A DNA stretch of 61,984 nucleotides, the filler included, from Vannella sp. (lineage: Eukaryota), in the NCBI GenBank assembly GCA_023345925.1. It is 7 parts of 7 records of this genome, joined end to end, with 100 filler letters (N's around TTAATTAATTAA, not from the genome) between each part and the next. Parts side by side here need not be neighbours in the genome. Positions count along the whole stretch, not along the records: positions 10,746 to 27,188 come from JAJQQN010000905.1; positions 27,289 to 33,757 come from JAJQQN010000337.1; positions 33,858 to 44,938 come from JAJQQN010000574.1; 4 more parts are not named here. The stretch is one strand, 5' to 3'. Below are positions 25,066-38,779 of the stretch, piece by piece. Positions within the stretch are counted from its first letter, which is position 1. Every line of letters begins with the position of its first letter. The position numbers were made by a program, and so were the translations under genes. The notes below the pieces were generated by a model. It saw only the letters and a program-made list of their open reading frames with translations. It had not been told where the DNA came from and did not search any database.

Positions 25066-26794
25066 ATGCGTGCCCTACTCCTTGGGGTCATCATGATCCT
25101 CCTGCTTGCATCCTTCTCTATGGCTAAGCCAGATCCATGCGACCAGTGCAAAAGGTATCCTGATCTGGTGGAGCTTGATCCCTCCTTTCCGAATCACCAC
25201 GAAGCTATTTCCGCAAGCGAAGGAGACCTTCAATCCTTCTGCACCTTCGCTTTTTCAGACCACAACGAACAGGTCCGTCCTCTCTTCCGTCCCTTTGGCC
25301 TCCTCTGCTGCTCCAGATCTAACCGTGTTGTCTCGTAGGTGGCTTGTAAAAGCCGGCTGAGCAATTACCTGCGCGATCTCTACAAAGACAAGAACTCTGA
25401 AGATGATCACGCCAACGCTGTCGTCACTTTGAACGCAGTGCGGTTGTGTTTCCTCGTGGCAGCTTGTACTTCAAAGTGCTGCAAGACAGATACTGTGCCA
25501 GAGCAGCTCCATCTGTCTCTAGGTGCTCATCCATCGGAGATGGTGGTGTCTTGGCTTACTTATGAGCCCATGCTGAGACCTTCCGTGTTCTTCTGGGAGC
25601 AGGGGAAGACTGCAAGCATTGGAAACGTCGCAGCTACGACGAGTACGTACACAGAGGGAGGATGGCAAGGAACTATCTACAATGCAACACTTTCTGGCCT
25701 TAAGATGGGCACCTCGTACCGTTATCGCATCAACGGGACTTCCTCTGGTGATGAACACGTAGTAGAGAGTACCTTTACAACATCAGCTGGACCTTCAGTT
25801 AAGGCCCTCACTCCACGCAGCCTCCACACAGGCCAAACCCCGTATGTACCTGGCAAGAGCGCTGGAGTGGTGGCCTACTTTGGAGATATGAGCACCACAA
25901 AGAGTGCCAAAGAAGTGAGTGAGAGCCTACTCGTCCTAGCCAGCAACCACTCCGTTCAACTGGTGGTCCAAGGAGGAGACTTGGCCTACGCTGACGGAGA
26001 CGAGAGTGTGTGGGACGAATACATGAGAATGGTGCAAGACTTTGCAAGGCAGATCCCTGTGATGACGGCTCCTGGCAACCACGAGAACTACTACGACTTT
26101 GCTGCCTATGATCACCGCTACTTCATGCCCTGGCAAGATTCCGGATCTCAACAGTACTACAGCTTCAACTACGAGAAGATCCACTTCGTTAGCTGGTCCT
26201 ACGAGCAGGAGAACGGCACGGACTTGGTGCCTGGTGGCTCTCAACATGTCTGGCTGCAAGCTGACCTGGCCAAGGCCAACAAGGAGCGCCACTTGCGACC
26301 CTGGGTTGTCTTGTTCGGTCATCGTCCTTTCTACTGCTCGGCAGATAGCAAAGACTGCATCAACGTGGCGCCAGAACTCCGTTCCCTCATGGAAGACCTC
26401 ATTAACGAGTACCACGTAGACGTCGTTCTCCAAGCGCACAAGCACAACTACGAGAGAACCTATCCCGTGTATCAGAGCGAGCCCACAGCTCGCAATTACG
26501 ACGACCCAGCTGCGCCAATGTACTATGTGGTTGGCACTGGCGGTGTAAGTCACTCTCCCCTGTCCTTCTAGCGTGAAGGGAGACTCACTCAGCTCTTAGA
26601 AGGAGAAGAACTCTGACTTTAGGAAGCAGCCCAAGTGGAGTGCCTTCCAAGATGATACTTTCGGATATCTTTTGATGAGCGCTGCAGACGCCCGTTCTCT
26701 GGATATGGTTTATCTGAGCAAGTCTTTCAACGTACATGACTCTGCCACTATCACTCGCTCAGGTCCCATCAGCAACTGGACTTTCCTGCACTGA
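25066..26794 (+). CDS. Secreted purple acid phosphatase (ACP7-like) with N-terminal Cys-rich, saposin-like domain
   Basis: Signal peptide, PEQLHLS FN3-like start and metal motifs GD, GDLAY, GNHE, GHRP, AHKHNYER. Introns at 25273-25338 and near 26545-26600. Confidence 0.9.
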
Positions 26795-27188
26795 GAGAAC
26801 GACACGCACAAGGACATACCATGGACAGGGCATGGGAATGAATGTAGATTGACTTAGCGTACTCTATGAAGGATGCAGGATGAGGAAGGAGGGCATTTTC
26901 TCTTGGGTGGGGTTGGAGCGGGATGCGCTACCAGGACCTTCGGAAAAGCCTATCATCCGATTCAACATCGATTTTGGGCCAACTTGTGGACATATCTATT
27001 CAACTTTCTGCTTCCAATGCGCGATCCGTCGCCCTCTCAAATCATCCTTGTCGAAGGCAAGATTTACATTGAGGAGAGTTGGGGGATTGTTAGTTAGGCT
27101 TAATTGCGTGTTTGCGATGAGAAATAGGAGGTGAAGGAGGGAACCGGATGCTTAAAGTTGCTTTTTGGGTGTGTAGATCTTGTTTGGC

Positions 27189-27288
27189 NNNNNNNNNNNN
27201 NNNNNNNNNNNNNNNNNNNNNNNNNNNNNNNNTTAATTAATTAANNNNNNNNNNNNNNNNNNNNNNNNNNNNNNNNNNNNNNNNNNNN
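27189..27288. other. Artificial contig-joining spacer
   Basis: N-TTAATTAATTAA-N, 100 nt. Confidence 0.97.
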
Positions 27289-27933
27289 CGTGTTGATGAA
27301 TGGATAGGAGAGCCTCTGACTCTCAAAGCGATCGCATGGAGAGTGTTTGACATGATCTTCTACGTGTTCGGTGCCATTCTTGTTGTGAGTGGGACACTAG
27401 AGAGGGGAGCTACTGGCTGACCTACTGTCGATTAGATCCTGCAGATCCCTCTCTTCCTCTTGGCCGTGGGAGTCCTTACATGTGGTGCGACTCTGGCCCT
27501 CCTTCTGTTCGTCCGAGAGGGCCATAGAACGACGGTGATTACTGTGAGAAGCCTTTGCTTTCTTCCTTGATCCTCTCTCACCTCTTTTCAGGCGTTGGCC
27601 ATGTACGCTACAGCGTGGACTCTCTATCTTGGTCTGTTGATCTGGCTTTGTTTCACCGATATTACCCTAGTGGTCCTCCTCGTTCTGTGGGTTAACTTGG
27701 CCCTCTCCTTACCCCTCTTCCTTCTAGCATGCATCAAACTGCTTCGAATGGCTCCCGCAAAGCCACCCAATGCAGACCCCTTCCAGCCCAACCGCTTCCA
27801 AGTGGTCCCTGTCAATGCAAACACCTTTGAGCTCAGCGAAGTGGGTGACATCAACGCAAGTCTCTTCCAGCCCATCCACGCCCAAGTGGACAATGTCCAT
27901 TCAAACCCGTTCGAGCTCCACCATGAAGTCTGA
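27289..27933 (+). CDS. Membrane protein, 3' part
   Basis: Hydrophobic exons separated by short GT-AG introns. The last exon has two TM-like helices. Confidence 0.55.
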
Positions 27934-28033
27934 GAACCTCACAATCAGGTGGAAAGAGTTAAAAGGACGATGAAGCTTGTGTGGATGAGTTTAGAGTGCC
28001 GTGCGGGAGTGCCATTGAATGCTAAAAGAAGTT

Positions 28034-29229
28034 TTAACGCTTGACCCACTGGAAGGACTTGCGAGCGCCAGGCTTTCCGGGCTTCTTTCGCTCGACCATT
28101 CGAGGATCTCTCGTCAACAGGCCCGCTATGATGAAGTTAGACCGAGGTGAAGGACAGGAAGTCGTATAGGAACTCACCAATCTTGAGAACAAGTCGGAAA
28201 CTTGGATCAAACTTCTGAAGTGCATTGGAGATAGCATGACGGCATGCCCCAGCTTGCCCTGTGAGTCCAAAGGTTACTATATGAACAAACACTTCACAGA
28301 AGACGGTTACCTTTCACACCCCCGCCATGCACCTTCAAGACAATGTCAAAATCCATCAGAGATTCGGTGACGAGGAGAGGAGCGATCACGGCGTCCCGCG
28401 CATCAATGGGGGGAAAGTATTCCACGATCGACTTGTCATTTACAGTGATAGCACCTGTACCACGGCGAATGACGACGTGGGCGGTGGCGTTCTTCCTCGA
28501 CCCTTTGGCGATCGCTGATCCGTCAGGCTGGACATCAGCCTCACGCCACTGTGGGAGGCCGATGGGCAACCCTTTGTTCATGTTGATTTGAGTACCCACT
28601 GGTTGAATGGGGAACTCAATGCTGTAAGCGTCCCACTGAGGATACGTGACTGGGTCTGGAGCAGGAATGTAACTGGAAAGAAGACTGGTTCCTGGCGTGT
28701 ACTGTGGAGGTGCGTTGTCACTCATGACCTTGTGCTTTCCCATTGCAAAGGGAGCAGCTCCAGAACTATCGCGCAAGCGGCGGTCAGCTTTCGCGATGGC
28801 AGCGTAGAAAGCTCTCTCCATTGCTGATTCCTTTGCCTTCTCGTCATCAGAGAAGTAGTAAGGAGAGCGGTAATCATCTTTGGCGATCTTCTGCTCTCTG
28901 CGATAGTCTCGGTAAGCTTCCTCAACGTCTGCTTCGAGATGTTTGTCGACCTCCATGGCTTTGAAGACTCGTGGGATATGCTTGATCATTGTCTCTGTGA
29001 TATCTTCCTCTTCAGTATCATGATCATTGGCGCGAGGAGCCACAAGACCCTTCTGCGCATACTTATAGCGGCGGAACTGGTACGCGGCGTGGTCCAGAGG
29101 GTTGGAGTGCTGGTAATCACTCACGAATAACTGCACTTCATCTGCTTCCCACCTCTTCTTGACACCACGACTGGAGACCACAAGACCGGTCCTTGTCGAG
29201 CCACGAGCCAGCAACCTCGCACTCAACAT
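28034..29229 (-). CDS. MRPS9: Mitochondrial ribosomal protein uS9m
   Basis: Arg-rich presequence, [15 protein letters not shown] and terminal [28 protein letters not shown]. Two introns. Confidence 0.93.
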
Positions 29230-29758
29230 GGCCACCAAACAATGAAGCCTTCAAAAAGTTCTTTCCCCAACAAAGCTTAACCAATAGGTCTTAAAAGAGG
29301 GCAGTACTACCATAATTAATATTTGAACATCTTGGTGAAGTTCAAAGGCGAAGTTGTGCCCTTCCAGAGTGGATGGGAGAGCAGCGATCTCCTGTGACTG
29401 TAGCTTGCAGGTCCATTAGAGACGTGGGATGATGAGGAGACTGGAAAGAGGGTAGCAGCTGCCATGTTGATGGACTGCCCGCCTCAGATCGAGGTGTCAA
29501 CATCGGGGGTTGTCAGTAATGATGGCTCTCGAGGTTGTTAGAGAAAGGGGGACTGCCCGAGGCCGGAAACGGAGCAGGGAAAACCCTTCGCCTTCGATTA
29601 GTTGAGGGGAACACGGTCCTGAGTGGGGCCTATCAGGTCGCCAGCTCTGTCATTCAGACTTCATCTTTTTGCCTTTCCTCACCACTGTCGCACTTGCTTG
29701 TCGTGTTCCTCTATCCTCCTGCTTGTTGTGTCTCATAAGTTCTCTCGTCCTTCGATCT

Positions 29759-31475
29759 TTATGAGGAGTCCTTTGCCTTGGCAAGAAGGGCGCGGGTTTG
29801 TTCCATGCGAGCGTCGTGCTCGTACTTCTCCACCATGAGGCGCTTGTACTCTGTGGGGTTGAATTCGGAGCTGGCTGGGTCTCCCAACTTACGTAGTCGA
29901 AGGCGGAGTTCGTTATCGCGAGTCTGTTGCTCGTACTGGTCCATCATCATCCTCTTGTAGGCGGTGGCATCAAAGTCTGCGCTCTTGGGATCCATCTTGA
30001 GAGTAGCAAACTGGCCACCTTGTTTCCCACTCCCCTTACTAAGAGCAGATGAGAAGGCTGAGTCAAGAGCCCGTCCAGGGGCCGCAGCTGTGACAGTCGG
30101 CCTTCTAGCTTCTGAGTCTGCCGCAGGGTTCCGGAGACTGTCCGCTGCCGCCTGAACGGACTGCTGCTTGAGTGCTTGTTGCCTGGCTTTCTGGCGAGAG
30201 GTCTCATCTTCGAGGTACTGAAGAGAGCGTGCTTCAGCTTTCTTCTTTAGAATGCGTACGCGGTTCTCCTCCTGTTGTCGGGCCATAGCATCCTGGATCA
30301 GCGCCTTCTTCTTGTAGTACTCCTCATCGAGAATCTGGCCATTCTGAAAGAGTCTCTCAAGCGTCGCCAAGGAGTCCACCAAGTGATCAGAGCAGCGAGC
30401 ATGAATGAGGGCGTCCATCTCATCCTCGATGGTCGGACCCCTTGGAGATAGACTGGTCGTCTGAAGTGGGGCTTGAACAACGGGAAGAGGGGGCTGGTAG
30501 TTATTGGGTCCCCCGCACAGCACAAAGTCAGGGGAAGACGCAAAATTAAGCACATCTCCCGGCTGCAGTGCATAATAGGCCTTTGGGCCAAGTAATTGGG
30601 AGTTAAGGAAAGTTCCTGACGTGCTCCCCAGGTCAAAGATGAAGATTTCATCCGAACCCTGCTGAATCCCTCCACCACGATGCTGAATCACAGCGTGCTT
30701 TCGAGAGATAGATGCTGTCTCTAGTTGCACGTCGCATGTTTCAGCTCTTCCTACAACAAACGAGCTTTTCCCAACAAGATCGACGTAGGACACTTGGTTG
30801 TTTTCGATGAGGCGTAGCTGGTACTTGAAGACCGGCCCACGGCTCCACGATGGTTCTTGATACCCACTCGAGAGTGAGTTAGTTTGCGAACCAATCTCGT
30901 TTGGGAGCAACGTACCTGAGAGCCGCTTCTGCAGGGGCGGGTGCTTGGACTTGCTGCATGGTCGGATATGCAGCCGCTTGTGAGGTATGAGCTTGCATTG
31001 GGTAGCCCATCGAAGGGTGTCCGGGTTGCATTGGGTACTGACCGGATTGTGATGGAGCGTAGTACTGGCCGGGGTACTGTTGCTGCTGGAGGAGCTGTTG
31101 TTGCTGATACAGCTGTTGCTGTTGTGCTTGCATCATTCCCGGGTGAACATACCCTAAGGGAGCTGTAGAGTACATCTGGGGCTGCATCTGCTGCATCTGG
31201 GGTTGCAGCGGAACTCCATAAGCTCCAGGCATTCCTTGAGCATGTTGGGGATGATTTTGCTGTTGCTGATGCATCTGTTGTTGTTGTAGTTGTTGTTGTT
31301 GTTGCTGGAGAGCCCCTGCATGGTTATGCTGCTGACTCAACAAGTGAAGAGCATGATTACGATCATTCACAAGCTGCTGTTGCTTGGCAACTTCGTAGTT
31401 CCGCAGCTCAGTTCGTTTCTAAACCACCATCAACACCACCCCTCCATCACCAATAACACCACTCACCTGAGTCAT
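29759..31475 (-). CDS. Gln-rich FHA-domain protein
   Basis: FHA motif VGRAETCD..SISRKHA..DLGSTSGTFLN, spliced to a Q/P/Y-rich N-terminal exon. Confidence 0.8.
31257..31307 (-). repeat. CAA/CAG polyglutamine tract
   Basis: (TGT/TGC)n on the + strand, encoding QQQQQQLQQQQMHQQQQ. Confidence 0.85.
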
Positions 31476-31618
31476 TTGGCGGAGCTGCGCATGAGTTCCC
31501 TGCATCGGACCACCAAAATAATGATTTGATTCATATTAAGCTAAATGTCATAAATAACGTGCCGGCACTGAACCACTCAACCGCCGAAAGTTTCACTTGG
31601 TCATACTTATTCCGGGCC

Positions 31619-33757
31619 ATGTTGGTGTGGCTGGGTCTGGCTGCACCGGTCATCCTTGCTGCGGTCTATTTGGCCTACTTCTTCACTCCTGCGAATAAGA
31701 AACGTCAGTATACTTTCCCAGTGGGTGAGGCTCGCCCTGGTGAGACAGTTCCTCGTCGCAACACGATCTCCAAGGATTTGGTGACCCACCCTGCTGGTTG
31801 TACTACTCTCTATGAAAGCATCTCTCGCGCCTCTGTTGAACATGCACACAAGCCGTGTTTGGCACGACGCCAGACTATCCGAGAGGAGAAGCGGGAGGTT
31901 GGCCCTGAAGGCAACAAGAAGACCTGGATCTTCTATGAGAGAAGCCCTTACCAGGTTGAAACCTATCGTGAAAGCTATGAAGTCATTGTCACCTTTGCTT
32001 CCGGTCTTCGATCGATCGGCCTGCAGCCCGTAAGTGCTCTTGCTCTCCGTGTCAGTGTCCCCAGTGTTGCTCATGATCGAAAAGGGAGACAAGTTGGCTA
32101 TCTATGATGAAACGTCCTATGAATGGTGTGTTGCGGAGCAAGCTTGCTACACACAGAGCATCACTGTTTTGACCGTCTACGCCACCCTTGGGATGGAAGC
32201 GTTGGAGTATGCTCTGAACTCAGCCAAGGTCACGTACATTGTGGCAAACTCTACCTTGTTCCCTCAACTGGTCTCCATCAAGGACCACATCCACCTCAAC
32301 ACGATTATCCTCACCGGCCCCGAAGACGATAAGAAGGCTGGTGATGTCCTTCGAGGCATGGGCATCAAGATCATCCCCTTCGATGACGTCTTGGCAGGAG
32401 TAAGAGACACTCTCGGACTTGGCCTTTGAGTTTACTGACCCTACGAAGGGAAGGAAGAAGCGTTTTGAAGACGTTCCTCCTGCTCCTGAGGACCTGGCAT
32501 GCATTATGTACACTTCTGGATCCACTGGACTTCCCAAAGGAGTCATGATTACCCACGCTTCCATGATCGCTGCTGTGGGAGGGTTTGGCACCTGCTTTGG
32601 TGTAAAGGATGACGACGCTTACTTGAGCTACTTGCCATTAGCTCATGTGCTCGCCATGGTCGTCTCTAACGCTGCCCTCCATTATGGAGCCAAGATGGGA
32701 TTCGGAGTAAGAGCGCCGCTCTCTTTCTATCAGGACCTGACAACCCTTCCTTAGAACCCCAAGACTCTGACGGACGATGCCATGGTGAAAGGGTGCAAAG
32801 GAGACTTACGTGAGTTCAGACCCACAGCTTTCGCTGGTGTTCCCCTTGTGTACGATAAGATCAAGGCTGGGATCATGAAGAAGGTTGACGCAGAGTCTCC
32901 TTTGAAAAAACTCATCTTCAAGTATGCCCTTAAGATCAAGCAGTACGCCTGGAACAACGGAAAGTCCACGCCCCTCCTCAACGCCATCGTGTTCAACCAG
33001 TTCAAGGATCGCTTGGGTGGACGGGTCCGCTTGATGGTTTGTGGTGGTGCTCCCCTCAGCCCCAGTGCCCACCTGTTCCTCGCTGCTTGCTTTGGAACCC
33101 CTGTTCTTCAAGGGTATGGACTGACAGAGACCTGCGGAGCAGGTTCCGTGATGATGCTCGACGACAACACCCAGGGCACAGTCGGTCCCCCGGTGCCTTG
33201 TGTTGGTGAGGCACAGATTCGTCATACCCCGAGAACACTCTAACGTAAATGTTAGAGACCAAGCTCGTGGACGTCCCTGAGATGGGCTACTTGACGTCTT
33301 CCAACCCTCCCAAGGGAGAGATCTGGATGCGCGGTCCCTGTATCACCAAGGGTTACTACCTGGCTCCAGAAAAGACGTAAGTTTCCTTCTCTACTCAGGC
33401 ATCCCTCAGATCCTCATTGAGGCGCAGCGAGGAGGTTTACACGCCTGATGGTTGGTTCAAGACGGGAGACATTGGCGTTTGGAACAGTAATGGATCCCTG
33501 ATGATTGTCGATCGTATCAAGAACTTGGTCAAGAACCCCTATGGGGAGTACATTGCCTTGGAGAAACTCGAGTCCATCTACAAGAACTCCAGTTTTGTCC
33601 TCAACGCTTGCGTCTACGCGTCGTCTGAGACTCCCCATGTCATCGCCATTGTACAACCTCAACCTCCATTGCTGGAATCTCGTGGTATCTCCTCTCCCTC
33701 CACAAACAAACAATTTGCTGAGGAGGTCAAGAAGGACCTTATCGCCACCGGTCTCAA
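31619..33757 (+). CDS. Long-chain acyl-CoA synthetase (3' truncated)
   Basis: IMYTSGSTGLPKGV, YLPLAH, QGYGLTET, GWFKTGDIG and DRIKNLVK motifs, an N-terminal TM anchor and several short introns. Confidence 0.95.
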
Positions 33758-33857
33758 NNNNNNNNNNNNNNNNNNNNNNNNNNNNNNNNNNNNNNNNNNN
33801 NTTAATTAATTAANNNNNNNNNNNNNNNNNNNNNNNNNNNNNNNNNNNNNNNNNNNN
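33758..33857. other. Artificial contig-joining spacer
   Basis: N-TTAATTAATTAA-N, 100 nt. Confidence 0.97.
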
Positions 33858-34667
33858 TCACTGCATAAGTAGCAGCTCCTTTCTCTCAATAAACAGTCTC
33901 TCTTTCTTCCCTCCTCTCGCCCACACTCGGGTACACAACAAAGATCTCACTCTCCGACATTTTGAAGGCTGTTTCAAGCAGAGAAAGGATCACTTTCTTG
34001 GGGTAGGGCGCGATGTGGCAGAACTGCAGCTTGAGATCCTCTTCTGAAAGGCTGCAGCTGAATTGGCGGTAAGTGCTTTGAACAAGAGCTTTCAAAGATA
34101 TCCCAGAGCCCTCCGAGGTGAGTGTCATGCGGAACTCCTTAAACACAAAGAACTGCTTGATTTCCGGGCACGTCGACTCCCATTACAAGTGAGCCACAAG
34201 GAGAATGAAAGTCCCCCAAAACTGAAGAGGAAACCCTGGAACTTGCACCCCGCTCGAAATTTCGCGGAGAACTCCAACAAGGTAACTGGGGAGAGGGCTT
34301 TTCATTCCCTTCCCAAAATTTTTCCGATTAAATCATCCCAAAAGCTTATCCTGAAGAGATGGAGGTCATCAGGACATTCTGCGCACAAACGAGTTTTGGA
34401 AGCCCCTTGGTTGAGTGGGGCTCCTGACAAAGGAGCCAAAAAGTGCCTCGCTTAAAACACATAAAAAGTTCTTTCGTAATTGTCCCGGTCGAATTTGAGG
34501 CCACTTTTCAACGGAGGCCAGCGGACGTGGTTGGGTGCGGCGGTGAATTCTCTCCCCGAATCCCAGTCTATTCTGAATCATCAATACCTCAAGGTATCAT
34601 TTTTCAGTGTGTTTTTGAGTACAAGCAGGTTTTAGTTGAAAGGGACTGTCCAGTTCACAATTGCTCG

Positions 34668-36907
34668 ATGGCGCTTCCCAGCATCAGGACGTTGTCAGTG
34701 CACGTCCCCTGGTTATCAACAGAGCCCTTCACGTTGCATATGCAGCCAGGGGTGAGCGTGGCGGATATTCAGAAGGAAGTGGAGCGACGAATAGAGGAGA
34801 CGGGGGCTTCGCTTCCCGCGGGGGAATATGGGCTCTTCGAGAGTGCGGAGAAGCTGATACTTAATGCTTCACCTCCTATCTCTCAAGAAACGCTTCTACT
34901 CATGCTTGAAGAGGTAAGAACAGCCGCCGACCTTGCGACGTCCGCAAGGCTTGCCACTAAATGGGGAGGTTTGCGTCTAGTCTGAGTTTACATACGACCA
35001 AGCCAAGTTCCAAGTGACCATCCAGTTCCAGGAGACGATGGAAGAGCGTTCCTTTGTCTTTGAGTCGCACATGACCATCGGAAGGCTCATCAAAGAGCTC
35101 CGTCCTACGCAGTCTGAGTACGAGGTGCGCTTACTTACATCTCGAAGTAAGAAGGGCTCTGAAGGAGGAACCCGCGCGCGTATGGGAGTCAAACTTAACC
35201 CGCATCGAACCCTCCGTTCGTATCGCCTGAAAGCCTCAGACGTGTTGGTGATGCATGTAGCAGTGACCAACAGTGGGATATGGAGAAACGTAGCAGGGGA
35301 GCAGAAGATCGCAGTGATTGTCAGCATCCCACAGCCTTGGAACCTCTCGAAAGCCATGAAGATGGACGCAAGTGCCTCCTTAGGCTCTGTGAAGAGAGAG
35401 TTCCTCTCGAAGATCTACTTGGAAGTGCCGCCGTCTATGTATGGAATGTACGTGTGCCTTGACTGTAACAATCCCGCCATTGAGGAGGTCGTACCTGACC
35501 ATGTCACCTTGGCTTTGCTGTCCCTGCCCGTTCCCATGCGCATGACGTGTCGTCTGCTGCCTCAGAGACCACAGAAGCTCTTTGGAGTGGACCCAGAGAA
35601 GCTAGAGATGGTGATAGACGGCGGTTTGCTCGTTCCCCGTGTCCTTCTCATCCTCAAAGAGCTTTTGTTGGTGAATGACGGCCTCGCTGTGGAAGGACTC
35701 TTCCGTCGTTCTGGGTCAGAGTCTCTGATGAAGACTATCCGGCAGCAGCTCGAAGAGGGCAAGGAGGTGTCGACTAAGGACGTCCACACCGTTGCCACTC
35801 TCATCAAACGCTTCTTCAAGGAGCTTCCTGCTCGCCTGTTGGTCCGTCCTGACCTTGACCTAGCTCAGGTCTCTCAAAACCCTTCGCGGAAGCTTGAGTT
35901 ACCCCTTCTCATGACCCCATTGTACGCCAGGATGATGACATGGCTGTTTGACATGTGTCTGACTCTCATTGGCAACCACGAGACCACCAAGATGGACGCT
36001 AAGAACTTGGGTACGTTAAACTCACACACAGAGCACTCCTACTAGAGACTGACTTAGTGACTTAGCAATCGTTTGGGGCCCGGCAGTGGTTCCAGAGGCG
36101 GGCCCGGTGACTATGGGCTCATTCGCTAGTTCAGGAGCTGATTTGGCGATAACTGGGTACGGAGTGGACATCGTGGAGTCCAATCTCAAGTATTTTGTCC
36201 AAACGGGTGTGAAACCCATCGATAGGCTCATCGAATTGGCTCCTCACGCTGTTGTGGAGTTGGAACAGCCTCGGTTACCGCAGCTGTTACCCAGTAAGTT
36301 TGATAACCTACCCACACGTACCATGGACCCGTTCGACTCCTTTCGCAATCCCGGCTCTGCCCCTTCGGCGGTTCTTCGGTCCAGTCCCACTGGGAAGTCA
36401 AAGAAGAGTCAGACAAAGAGCATGGACGCATGGAGGCCTGTTAAGCCTCGCTCTGTAAAGGAAAGCTTGATGGCGGCGGCATCACCCAATCGTCGACGAG
36501 CGGATTCCAGGATGAATGAGATTCCCTCGCCCGAGCCTGTGGTACGTGGCCCCCGTTCAGGGACGGTATCTTCTCCGTATGTTCCGCAGCGCAAGCCGCT
36601 TCCTACGGTAGCGACAGCCCCTACGCCATCTCCACAACCATCTCCTCAACTGACTTCCACAACGCCGCCTCCCACTCGTCCTCTCCCCCAAACGAGAGGA
36701 CCTCCTCCGAACAGAGCTTCTGTCGTCAATCGGCCTGCACCAATTAATAGGGGAGACTTGCCCATCAATCTTTCGCAATGTTCCTTGCCCACTGCGAGTG
36801 TCTTACAATCTCTCCCTCGAAGAACCCGTATGCTCCCCCCTCCCCCTCCTGCTTTCCTACGGCCTCCCCCTCCTTCTTTATCTCGGCCTCCCGCACCTCA
36901 GGAGTAG
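34668..36907 (+). CDS. RhoGAP-domain protein with Pro-rich tail
   Basis: LFGV, EGLFRRSG arginine finger, DVHTVATLIKRFFKELP and KMDAKNL/AIVWGP, followed by a PxxP-rich C-terminus. Two introns. Confidence 0.9.
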
Positions 36908-37001
36908 ATTCATTGTCAAATAACAAAGTGCGTAGAACGCTTCGACCTTCAATTGGGGTAAAATGAGATCTCCTCTTCTTTCTGAAATGGGGTCCTTTAG
37001 C

Positions 37002-38779
37002 TTAGTACATGGCTGGACGTTGTGGGAGGCATAGATTGTAGAAGGCATCACTACGAAACAGAGAAGCTTCCTTCCAGTCACACCAACCTCGAGATTGAAT
37101 GTCTTTTCTTGACTCCTTGCCGACATAATGAGGGTCTAGAATTAGGAACCGCACCTTCCCACTGGAACTCTGCTCTACTCCAAGAAGAGTATAGGCTAGC
37201 ACGCCGCCCCCAATCATCACTGGAGTGCCTTGGGTGAGAAAGTGATGTCGAAGTTCTCCCAAATGCGAAGGAATCTCAGTCCCACTGCTACAATTGATGA
37301 TCTTGCAGCTCACCTGCGCGATATGAGAGTTGAATAGAAGGCCACGAAGGCACTCACTTGGTAGAGCTCGTCAAGGCAAAGAGAGATCTCGAACGCTCCA
37401 ATCCATTGGGACGATCCAATAAAGGTGGCAGGCTTGTCCCCCATGCTCACAAGGGTCTGTTGGACTTCCACATGAGAAGGGTCAGGCTTTGAAGAGTATC
37501 CTTGTCGTCTAAACCATGAGCAGATGGTCTGAAGGGAGCGATAAGCGCATCCCCAACCGTTATCATTGACTTTGTCCTGCAGATAGTGGTAGTATTCGTA
37601 CTCTCCTTGTACCAAATAAGTCCTACATCCTGTGACATTGGTAGGGAGTCCCGAATGTACGTTTACAAGGCGACTCTGCTGATTAAATGACACTTCTTGC
37701 CGAGGGAGGAAAATGGGAAGATTAAGAGGGAGCAAGAAGAGCTCGTGAATCCGCTTGCGATCTTCTAATTCAAGATGTGAGCCACATAAAAGGCCACTTT
37801 GGAACATGTAGGGGCGGTAGAGATGCTGTGACACTCCACAGCGAAGCCGAAAAGTCAATTCTCCTCGAACACTATTCATCCATTCCGCCACCGGCTCGGC
37901 CAGAGATACGAAGAGGGAGCACTGTACTGCTAATTCCTCATCTGAAGGCCCTTTTGAGGTCACTGTGGAGGCAGAAGTGGAGCTAGAGCAGCAGAAAAGA
38001 GGTTCCAAACGCACTATTCTCTTATTTCCTTCTTCAAAGGCGTCAGGCTCTTCTGTTGGGGGAGGGGCGCCAAAGTTGAGATCGGGAAGGCTGAAAGTAG
38101 GTTGGCGAGAGCTCTTCTTCTTCTTGGCAGGCTTCCCTTTGGCTCCTTTGGTCGCTTTTGTGGGGACTGGTAACGACTCGGTCGAGGATGTCTGAGGCTC
38201 GGTGACGGTGGGCTCTGAGACTTTCATAAGATCACCAAGAGTTGAGCGGGTATCTTTTGGATGCCACAGCTTGGTAATACCGCTTGGAAGGATGACGCGG
38301 AGTGCCAAAGAGTTTTCGAAGCTCCCGTTGGCCTTGTTTGTGACAGAATGGAGCTCCAGCTCCTGGAATGACTCATCTGAGAGGATATAGTACGAGTCGG
38401 TACCAAGTACGAGAAGAGTAGGGGCCTCTGAGGCCCCTGCAGGAAGAAATTCGATGATAGGTTGAAGAGGGAGTGGATCCAAGACAATCCAGGGTTCTGG
38501 ATCGCCACTGAATGGCCAAGCAGATCTCATATTCTTCAAAGACTCCTCCATCTGATCGTGGCATGTCTCCTGCACCGCAGAAGATGCAAACGCGCCAACT
38601 GGAAGCAAAGAAGCCGGCAGAACTCCCTTCACATCCGCTCCAGGCCGCACAGTGCACATCACAAACACCCTCCGAGTACTTTCGCATCGATACCCCATCA
38701 GAAGGCCCCAATCCACGGCTCCAGCGAGCAACAGTCCCGAACAATGAGCCAAGAGGGCCTCCCCAAGGACCACCTCCAT
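37002..38779 (-). CDS. UFSP2: Ufm1-specific protease 2
   Basis: [46 protein letters not shown] and YNLCLPQ motifs. One intron near 37310-37358. Confidence 0.94.

Noticed and set aside
29280..29750. C/D snoRNA or small gene between MRPS9 and the FHA gene
   Set aside because: Only an isolated TGATGA, with no convincing terminal stem, guide sequence or ORF.
33886..34146. 86-aa ORF at a contig edge
   Set aside because: It has no ATG start in frame and no recognisable motif, so it cannot be supported.
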